Shown here one piece after another: positions 9,521 through 16,729 of a DNA stretch of 64,000 bases. Made by a program: the position numbers and the translations under genes. How positions within the stretch are numbered: position 1 is the first letter of the stretch; each line of letters starts with the position of its first letter. Location: assembly GCA_963765495.1 (NCBI GenBank), contig CAVXWP010000016.1, positions 32,001 to 96,000 on the forward strand. Direction: 5' to 3'. The notes below the pieces were generated by a model, which worked only from the letters and a program-made list of their open reading frames with translations, was not told the origin of the DNA and searched no databases. The DNA comes from Blastocatellia bacterium. Its GTDB lineage: Bacteria; Acidobacteriota; Blastocatellia; UBA7656.

Positions 9521-9955
9521 CTATTGGGCGCTGCCCTGTCTGACGGCTATCCACGAAGCGACCACCCCGGCAGGCGAGACTCCGCCGCTGCCGCTCGAAT
9601 GCGGAATCGCGCGAACTATCGAGCCGACCATCGCCGGTATCTGGTTCACCCCGTTGGGCCACGGAAGCACTACATAGCCTACGTAGTCGTATATCCACTC
9701 TTCGCCGCCGACCAGCCCCTTACCCTGAAAACGTACGGTGAACGGGTCGCCGTAATTGATCGAGCCGTTGAGGTCGAGTTGCCATCCCGTACCGTAAATC
9801 AAGCCCTTGAACCGATTCATCGGCGCGGCATCAACCCTTATGTTGCCCAGTCCGAATTCGAGATCGTTGAAAGATGTCGAAGGGTCCGGGTCGTTCAGGA
9901 AACTGCGATAGGTCCACGTCCCGACCAGTATTCCATTATTTGGTTCGCTGCTCAT
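9521..9955 (-). CDS. Hypothetical beta-rich protein in the lodA/lodB cluster
   Basis: 144 aa with AAGGAG RBS, co-oriented between lodA-like and lodB-like genes; GTWTYRS motif near the N-terminus. Confidence 0.8.
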   Translation of the reverse strand: MSSEPNNGILVGTWTYRSFLNDPDPSTSFNDLEFGLGNIRVDAAPMNRFKGLIYGTGWQLDLNGSINYGDPFTVRFQGKGLVGGEEWIYDYVGYVVLPWPNGVNQIPAMVGSIVRAIPHSSGSGGVSPAGVVASWIAVRQGSAQ

Positions 9956-9990
9956 CTTCTCTCCTTCGCGTTAAAGCGAACTGTTTTTAA

Positions 9991-10080
9991 TGCGTGATCC
10001 ATGATGCGTGATGCGTGAGACTTGAAGTTTTCTGTTAAAAGGAATCCCTCCTTCAGGTCACGGATCACGCATCACGAATC
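9991..10080. repeat. Inverted TGCGTGA/TCACGCA heptamer arrays
   Basis: tgcgtgatccatgatgcgtgatgcgtga ... tcacggatcacgcatcacga. Confidence 0.7.
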
Positions 10081-10111
10081 ATTGCCGATCTATCGCCATT
10101 GCCGACAATAT

Positions 10112-12232
10112 TCAAATATTCTCATCATTGCGCTCCACCTGAATAAAAGGCGGATAGCCGTTTTCGGCCGTGGCCTCGGGGTTGTCGCGTATAAAGCCGA
10201 GTTCTTTCCAGGCCGTGACCATCTTTTGATCCCCGGCGTGAGTCTGCGGGATTCCCTGCGACCACGAAACCTGACTGTATGACAGAGGCGCGCCGGGGGG
10301 TGTGGGAATCTGCTGATTGACCTCCATAGGCCGGTGCGCGGGCCACCAGAAGGTGGTTTGAAACACCTGCTGCACGGGATCGCCCGTCGTGTCGGGGTAA
10401 AGCTCGTTCCAGTCTTCGTAGGTGATATTTACGCTCTGGGTCGAGCACTCGTTGAAGTCGGATTGCCACGGCACGCCGCTGTATTTAGTGATGTCTCCCG
10501 GCTCAAGTCCCGTCGCCAGATCGCCGGTCAGGCTCAACGGGTTGGGCGTGGACGATTTCAACGTAGTCAATGAAAAATTGGGACTCTGTTTTATGCGATA
10601 GGCTTCGGAGTAAAGCGCCGGGTTTCGCATTATCCAGCAGGCTTCGCCTCCCGGACAAAAGGCCCCGCCAAGCAGGTTGCTCAAGACTCCCCGATCAAGG
10701 TCCGCGCCCGTCTTTGAGGACTCTTCGGGGTCGGTTGTCGGGATGTCTTCTTTCTTCTCGTTTATGAATTTACCTTCGGCCCACTGTTTCAGGATGAAGA
10801 GTTGCGTGTCGGTGAGTCGCAAAAATTTTGAAGGAACCGTATTTGAAAGCGGGTTGTCGCCGCATAGAAAGGGCATGCCTACGGGTTTGTAATTCGGGTT
10901 TTTCGGATCAGACGTAAAGTCCCAGAGGTTCTCCTGTCCGGGCTTGCGCAGAACGGCGTAAAGCTTTGCGCGCCACAGCAAACGCCTGCCTCTCTCTTCC
11001 GGGTTTTCTCCTTCAAAGGGCGGTATGGAAAGAAGCTCGGGGTCGAAATTGCCATGGAGCCCCGGCGTGGTGTCGTGCGGGTCGCCGCCCGTGAAGTAAT
11101 CGAAATCCATGACCCATTTATAGTTGTCGGGCCGGGTCAGGATCGGCCACACGTCGCGCCAGAAATACGGATAATAATCAGGATTCCACTCGGCCTGCGC
11201 CCGCCATAACGCGAGCGCGTCTGCATTCTCAGGGTCGGGCGGCGGCTGGCTCCCGTCAAAAGGAGGCACGCCGTACATGTAGGTGTTGTAGCCGAATTCT
11301 CTGACCGATAGATCATAAACAAGATCGTCCATCGTCACTATATCGACTATCTGAGGCGCGTAGCGCGGATAGCCTACGATGACCCAGGCCGGAACGTCCA
11401 CGTTTAAGTAGAGAGTCGGGGGCGTGGCCGGGTCGGGCGGGCGTCCATCTTCGCTGATGACTTTGTATTTGACGCGGGCCATCACGGGGCCGTCCGATAT
11501 GTCGTCGAACCACCCGTCGTTGTTGGCATATTGCTTGATGACCGGTTCTCCGAATCCCGTCTTGTAAGAACCGGAATTCCCATAGCCCCCGAGCACAAGC
11601 AGACGGTTATGGTGGTCCTGCTCGGTGACGAGCAATTCGCCCAGCGTGTCGATTGATAGCGGCGTAAGAGGCGGCGGGAATGATTGCGTGTAGCCGGGAT
11701 TTGACCCGCGCGCAAATTGAGCCGTGCGCTGTTTCTTGTTTGTATAGCTTACGGTTTGCGGGCCGGGGTCAATTATCAACTGTTGTCTTTCGTCGTTGCC
11801 TTCGACATCCGCATTGCGCAGAGGGTGATCGGGCGCGTAGCCGTGTTCGCCGTCGAGTTGCTTGAACTCGTACCAGCTTGATTTCTTGTTGGCCAGATAG
11901 ACGGTCCACTCAATGTCAACGACTTCGCCGACCATCTCCTGCCCCGTCTTCGGGCTTACGGTCGTGATCTTTTCGCCTATCTCGATCTCCTTCCCGCTGC
12001 CGTCGTCGTCATAGGCGTAAACGCGAAAGCGAGCGGCCTGTCTCATCACGCGCTGCTGGGAATCTTTGAAGCTCGACACGGGTTGTTCTTTCCCGTCGGG
12101 AGAGAGTACGGGGTTGCCCGCCTGATCGCAGGCGATCGGGAGATGGCCCGCTCGCTCCGGTGCTATATAAAAATCGGTAGTGCTGTTTCCAACGCGGGCG
12201 ATTCCAATCGCGGGATGAATCTTAAATCTCAT
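10112..12232 (-). CDS. lodA: LodA/GoxA-family CTQ-dependent amino acid oxidase
   Basis: FKIHPAIGIARVGNS, RQAARFRVY, WTVYLANKK, NNDGWFDDISDGPV, GGAFCPGGE, EPGDITKYSGVPWQSDFNEC, FWWPAHRP. Confidence 0.92.
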   Translation of the reverse strand: MRFKIHPAIGIARVGNSTTDFYIAPERAGHLPIACDQAGNPVLSPDGKEQPVSSFKDSQQRVMRQAARFRVYAYDDDGSGKEIEIGEKITTVSPKTGQEMVGEVVDIEWTVYLANKKSSWYEFKQLDGEHGYAPDHPLRNADVEGNDERQQLIIDPGPQTVSYTNKKQRTAQFARGSNPGYTQSFPPPLTPLSIDTLGELLVTEQDHHNRLLVLGGYGNSGSYKTGFGEPVIKQYANNDGWFDDISDGPVMARVKYKVISEDGRPPDPATPPTLYLNVDVPAWVIVGYPRYAPQIVDIVTMDDLVYDLSVREFGYNTYMYGVPPFDGSQPPPDPENADALALWRAQAEWNPDYYPYFWRDVWPILTRPDNYKWVMDFDYFTGGDPHDTTPGLHGNFDPELLSIPPFEGENPEERGRRLLWRAKLYAVLRKPGQENLWDFTSDPKNPNYKPVGMPFLCGDNPLSNTVPSKFLRLTDTQLFILKQWAEGKFINEKKEDIPTTDPEESSKTGADLDRGVLSNLLGGAFCPGGEACWIMRNPALYSEAYRIKQSPNFSLTTLKSSTPNPLSLTGDLATGLEPGDITKYSGVPWQSDFNECSTQSVNITYEDWNELYPDTTGDPVQQVFQTTFWWPAHRPMEVNQQIPTPPGAPLSYSQVSWSQGIPQTHAGDQKMVTAWKELGFIRDNPEATAENGYPPFIQVERNDENI

Positions 12233-12283
12233 TGCGTATCTCCTAAGTCAAACAATCCGTCAGTCCTTAAAAGGTGCGGGATA

Positions 12284-12342
12284 GCCACAGAGACACAAAG
12301 GCACAAAGAATAAAAATCTCTGTGTCTCTGCGCCTCTGTGGC
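12284..12342. repeat. REP-like palindrome, GCCACAGAG(A/G)CACAGAG family
   Basis: gccacagagacacaaaggcacaaag ... ctctgtgtctctgcgcctctgtggc; sister copies at 31474-31876 and 63826-63890. Confidence 0.75.
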
Positions 12343-12372
12343 CAAAATCTTCCTCAATCTGAAACTCATACG

Positions 12373-14478
12373 TCAGTCTTTGAAATTCAGCGAGACGCCG
12401 TCCAGCCACAGCGCATTCGGTTTCGGAGTGCCGTCTATGTCCATTACTACCAGATTGATCTGAAAATCGGTCTCGCCTTTTTTACTCAACCTCTCGATAG
12501 CCTCGGTCGCGTCAACACGGAAGTTGCCGGGGGTTTTGTGATGGCGCGATCTTAAATCAAACTTTCTGCGAGTCGGGGGCGGAACATCGCAGTGACCGGG
12601 ACCGCCTATGCACGCCTCGCCCGAAAAGGTCGCTATCTGCGCCACGAAATGATCGTTGCCGCGTGTGGGCGTATCTACGTTGGCATCGGGCTGATTGAGA
12701 AAGACGCGGATGAAAGCGCCGCCGCCCACCGAATACTGGACCTTGTGCAACCTTATGTCGGCGCATTTGTGGTTTGCCAGAACCGCCGGGTGAACTCCCG
12801 CCTTTGCCGATTTGAAGCGCGTGATCGGTATGGAACTGTCTGTCTCGAACAGATGAGAATTTTTCATGTATTCGTAACCGAGCGTTGCCGTGCTGTAGCT
12901 CTGCTTGACATCGAGCGTCCACGGCGCGAGGATATCGGTCGGGTCATCGGGGCTGCCGCCCGGATGCAGCGACTGCCATTCGGCCCACAGCCGATCTACG
13001 TTGCTGTGATGCCCCCAGAAGATCGGGTCTTTTGCCGTAGTCCCCGCAGACACCATATCTCCGTATTGCGGCTCGTTTGGATTCCCGCTCGCGTATTGAG
13101 GATTCGCGCCGCCCGAAAAGTTGTGGATAAGGTTATGGATGTTTTCGACCGCGCCAAAGAAATGATTTGTGGCCGGGCCGCTGCCAAAGGTGTAGAAGTT
13201 TTTTAACTGCAAAACGCGCTGAACGTCCTGCTCGGTAGGATAAGCCTCAAAGATCAGTGATTCGTTCCCGCCCGGCCATCGCCGTCTGTGCCAGAGCGGG
13301 TTGGCCGCCTGTAGCGCGGTCATGATCTCTTCGGTGGCCGGATCGTTATAATCTATCTTGGCCGCAGCCAGTAACCTGTTGCCCGAATTGTATGTCGTAT
13401 CCTTGATGTTTTTGAGCTTCATCCACGTGTCGGGCGAAATCTTCTCTTTCAACGCATCGAGCACATCCTGATTCACAAAACAACGATACGCCTTTGGAAT
13501 CACGCCGTTGTCGAGCGGCTTTGCCGACTTTTGATCCTGGATCGATTTCAGCACGTCCTGCCTGTACATAGGCCAGTCCCAGTAGGGGAGCGTCACCGTG
13601 GGGTCGATGTCTTGCAACTGCTGCTCGAAATAATAGAGGTAGACTCTGTGCCACGTGAGAAACTGTTCCCAGCCGTGCTGGCAGTTATTTGCGTGGATGT
13701 CGGCCCAGTATTCAAAGCTCCTGTCGTCATAGCGAAAGAACTTGTCATAGCAGTGCATGACCCTGACCGCGCGCCGGAACCGCGTAAGCTCATCTTCGGT
13801 CAGGCACTCGATGTTTTTGCGGAATTTTACTTTCCCGGATTCAGCGCGATACTCGTTGACCGAGCGCGTCGAAAGCGGGTGCTCTTCGTGCCCCTGCGCT
13901 CGCGCAATCTTTACTGGTTGCGTCACTTCAATCGTAGCCTTATGCTCATCGGTTGCGGGGCAGCCGTCATCAATCCAGTTCTGAATAAATAGAATATCCG
14001 AACTTGAAACCGCCTTTCCTCCCCACGGCAGCCGGGGGAATTGCGTGCCGTCGAAAGGAAATTGCCCTTTAAGCCCCTTTATCAACCCGGAGGCCGCGCC
14101 GCGTCCCGGCGAAGGCAAGACTTCGGGCGTGCCGCTCGCCTGCGGGCCGCAACAGGAATCCATTTGAACAGGGAGGCTTGAGGGTGGCGACGAAGGTTGT
14201 GGGGCGCTTTCAGATGCGGATTCGCAGCACGAGCCATGAGACGAAGCGGCAGGCAGCATATTCTGTTCGCAGAAATCCTGCGAGCCTTCCTCAGCTATCA
14301 TGCGAACGCCGTAAATGGTGACTTCCAGAAATTCTTCGAGCGGCAATTCCCAGAATCTCTCATACCCCTGATAACTGGGGCAGGCATCCCCGGCCGCCTC
14401 GTTTAGAATCTCTTTGACTCGCTCATAGCGCGTTTGCTTCTGTGGTCCTTCTTGCGTGTCTTGATTCTTATTGCCCAT
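12373..14478 (-). CDS. Tyrosinase (type-3 copper protein) with Cys-rich N-terminal and C-terminal accessory domains
   Basis: CuA HANNCQHG..FLTWHR, PYWDW, CuB HNLIHN...DPIFWGHHSNVDRLW. GAGGAGG RBS precedes ATG 14478 (701 aa). Confidence 0.92.
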   Translation of the reverse strand: MGNKNQDTQEGPQKQTRYERVKEILNEAAGDACPSYQGYERFWELPLEEFLEVTIYGVRMIAEEGSQDFCEQNMLPAASSHGSCCESASESAPQPSSPPSSLPVQMDSCCGPQASGTPEVLPSPGRGAASGLIKGLKGQFPFDGTQFPRLPWGGKAVSSSDILFIQNWIDDGCPATDEHKATIEVTQPVKIARAQGHEEHPLSTRSVNEYRAESGKVKFRKNIECLTEDELTRFRRAVRVMHCYDKFFRYDDRSFEYWADIHANNCQHGWEQFLTWHRVYLYYFEQQLQDIDPTVTLPYWDWPMYRQDVLKSIQDQKSAKPLDNGVIPKAYRCFVNQDVLDALKEKISPDTWMKLKNIKDTTYNSGNRLLAAAKIDYNDPATEEIMTALQAANPLWHRRRWPGGNESLIFEAYPTEQDVQRVLQLKNFYTFGSGPATNHFFGAVENIHNLIHNFSGGANPQYASGNPNEPQYGDMVSAGTTAKDPIFWGHHSNVDRLWAEWQSLHPGGSPDDPTDILAPWTLDVKQSYSTATLGYEYMKNSHLFETDSSIPITRFKSAKAGVHPAVLANHKCADIRLHKVQYSVGGGAFIRVFLNQPDANVDTPTRGNDHFVAQIATFSGEACIGGPGHCDVPPPTRRKFDLRSRHHKTPGNFRVDATEAIERLSKKGETDFQINLVVMDIDGTPKPNALWLDGVSLNFKD

Positions 14479-14532
14479 AAGCCTACATCCTCCTCTCTGA
14501 AGACGCTCCAAGAGTGGATTTGTGAAAGGTCT

Positions 14533-14750
14533 TGCGTGATTCGTAATGCGTGATGCGTGATCAGAAAAATCTTTGCGTACTTTGCGACTTGGCGTCTTTG
14601 CGAGAAATAGATCAACGCTAAGGCGCAAAGCCGCTAAGTACGCAAAGGGCTTTCATAAGGCAATCAGTAGTTCCCTAAAATCTCGCGAGTCTATTTAAGA
14701 ACTGAATGCCACTGCCTGCCTTCGGGTCACGAATCACGCATCACGAATCA
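14533..14750. repeat. Nested palindromic repeat: TGCGTGA/TCACGCA arms enclosing a CTTTGCGTA-family palindrome (14571-14647)
   Basis: Read directly; lies in the divergent tyrosinase/VWA intergenic region. Confidence 0.7.
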
Positions 14751-14767
14751 GCCAATGATCGCTCTAA

Positions 14768-14776
14768 TGCTATAAT
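14768..14776 (+). promoter_or_regulatory. Extended -10 promoter element
   Basis: TGCTATAAT 25 bp upstream of ATG 14802. Confidence 0.5.
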
Positions 14777-14801
14777 CAGTTTTCGACCTCTGGATTCTTA
14801 T

Positions 14802-16661
14802 ATGAGATTATTGGCGGCAAGCGCGCTGTGGTGGCTCTTGCTCGGCGCGGTCATAATCTTTTTCTACCTGCTCAAGCTCAAGCGCAGGCGGCAGGTTGTG
14901 TCGAGTGTACTGCTGTGGCAGCGGGCGCTTGAAGAGCTTGAAGCCAACGCGCCGTTTAGAAAACTGCGCCGCAATCTGCTACTGATTCTTCAACTGCTCA
15001 TACTGGCCGCGTTAGTCTTTGCGCTCGCGCGCCCTCTGGTTACGACAAGCGCGCTGGCTTCTGGAAACACCATAATCGTCATTGACGCGACCGCCAGCAT
15101 GAGCGCCCGCGATGAAGACGGGCGCTCGCGTCTGGAACGCGCTCAAGAGATTGCACGCGATATGATAACGGGGCTTGGCGGAAATGACCGCGCAGCCGTG
15201 ATCGAATCCGCCTCAACCGTACGGGTGCGAAGCCCGCTCACCGCAGACCGCGCCGCGCTTCGAACAGCCATCGACGAAGTCCGGCAAACCGATACGGCGG
15301 GCACGCTCGCCGTAGCAATACTTCTCGCCGAACAGATCGCAAAGACCGAGCGCGATGCCGGGATTGTAGTGATCGGCGACGGAGGCGGGGCCCCACTTGC
15401 TTCGGAACCACCTGTTCATACGGAATCGCCTCTTGCCGCCCCGCCTCAAACCGCGAGCCCGTCTCTCAGGTTTATCCGCGTAGGCCGCCGCGCCGATAAC
15501 GTAGGAATCGTCACCCTGAACTCTCGCCCGATTCAATCGGGCACAGGCCGAGAGATGTTTGCTTCGATTGCAAACTTCAGCGACCGCGAGCAACACCTGG
15601 AAGCTCAACTGAGGATCGAGGGAAATCTGGTTGACGCCCGCACACTGACCATAGACGCAGCCGAACGCAGTGGATTGATTTTCGATGCGCTTCCCGAGAC
15701 GGGCGGGCTTGCGGAACTGAGACTTGTCATAAACGACGACCTTGCCGCAGATAACCTTGCTTATACTTTCCTGCCCGACGCCCGCCCCCTGCGCGTAGGC
15801 GTGACGAGCGATAATCCTTTCTTGCTTCGGGCTCTGGCTGTAAACCCTGACTTCGATGTTCATCGTATCAATCCGGGCGCATCCATCGCCGATTACGATT
15901 GCATAGTGAGCGAAGGCCCAATCGAAGCCGGACTGATCGAAAGCAATCGCCCTGTGCTTGCGATCAACCCTTCCGACATCCCGGGGTTGTGGCAGTCGGC
16001 TGGCGAGCGCGAGCATCCTGACATCACCGGCGTAGACCGTTCCCACCCGCTCAACAGCTATTTGAACTACGGCGACCTCCATATAGAAAGCGCAACGCGA
16101 CGCGAGGTGGCCCCGTGGCTGCGGCCCGTTGTGAGCGGCGCGGGTGAAGGATTGATATGGGCAGGCGAAAACGGGCAACGCCGCTTTGTGCTGATCGGAT
16201 TCGATCTGGCAAAAAGCGACCTGCCGCTCAAGGTAGAATTCCCCATACTGCTTGCCAACAGCGTAGCATGGCTTACCGGGCGCGATCAGTCGTCAGATGA
16301 GCGAACCGTGCGCGCAGGTCAGCCGATGATTATCCCGGCGGCCGAGAGCGCCGCGATCATAACTACGCCTTCGGGTGATGAGAAAGAGATAGAGGCGCGC
16401 GACGGCTCAATCGTTTTTGCAGAGACCCGGCAAACGGGCATCTATAAAGTAAAAGACAGGCCACCGTTTGCGGTCAATCTGCTGAGCGAATCGGAATCCG
16501 ATACGACGCCGCGCGATTCGATCCGTACTCGCCGAGGAGAGACAAGCGGGCAGGCCGAAACCTTTAGCGCGGAGCGGGAAATCTGGCGATGGGTCGCCCT
16601 TGCCGCCCTATTTATATTGGCCCTTGAATGGTGGGTCTATCACAGGAGGATAACCGTCTAG
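14802..16661 (+). CDS. BatA-type N-terminal double-TM + VWA domain membrane protein
   Basis: IIFFYLLKLKRRRQVVSSVLLW, LALARP-like motif (FALARP), MIDAS-like DATASMS, IGDG, C-terminal TM LALEWW. Confidence 0.85.
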   Translation: MRLLAASALWWLLLGAVIIFFYLLKLKRRRQVVSSVLLWQRALEELEANAPFRKLRRNLLLILQLLILAALVFALARPLVTTSALASGNTIIVIDATASMSARDEDGRSRLERAQEIARDMITGLGGNDRAAVIESASTVRVRSPLTADRAALRTAIDEVRQTDTAGTLAVAILLAEQIAKTERDAGIVVIGDGGGAPLASEPPVHTESPLAAPPQTASPSLRFIRVGRRADNVGIVTLNSRPIQSGTGREMFASIANFSDREQHLEAQLRIEGNLVDARTLTIDAAERSGLIFDALPETGGLAELRLVINDDLAADNLAYTFLPDARPLRVGVTSDNPFLLRALAVNPDFDVHRINPGASIADYDCIVSEGPIEAGLIESNRPVLAINPSDIPGLWQSAGEREHPDITGVDRSHPLNSYLNYGDLHIESATRREVAPWLRPVVSGAGEGLIWAGENGQRRFVLIGFDLAKSDLPLKVEFPILLANSVAWLTGRDQSSDERTVRAGQPMIIPAAESAAIITTPSGDEKEIEARDGSIVFAETRQTGIYKVKDRPPFAVNLLSESESDTTPRDSIRTRRGETSGQAETFSAEREIWRWVALAALFILALEWWVYHRRITV

Positions 16662-16729
16662 GAGTCGAGGGCAAGGGGTCGGTTAGACCTCGCATCACCC
16701 AGCCCCCGGCCTCCGGCCCCCGGCCCCCA

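Noticed and set aside
14479-14801. Upstream extensions of the tyrosinase and first VWA ORFs
   Set aside because: They translate repeat DNA (HASRIT, RITHHES); better starts lie at 14478 and 14802.
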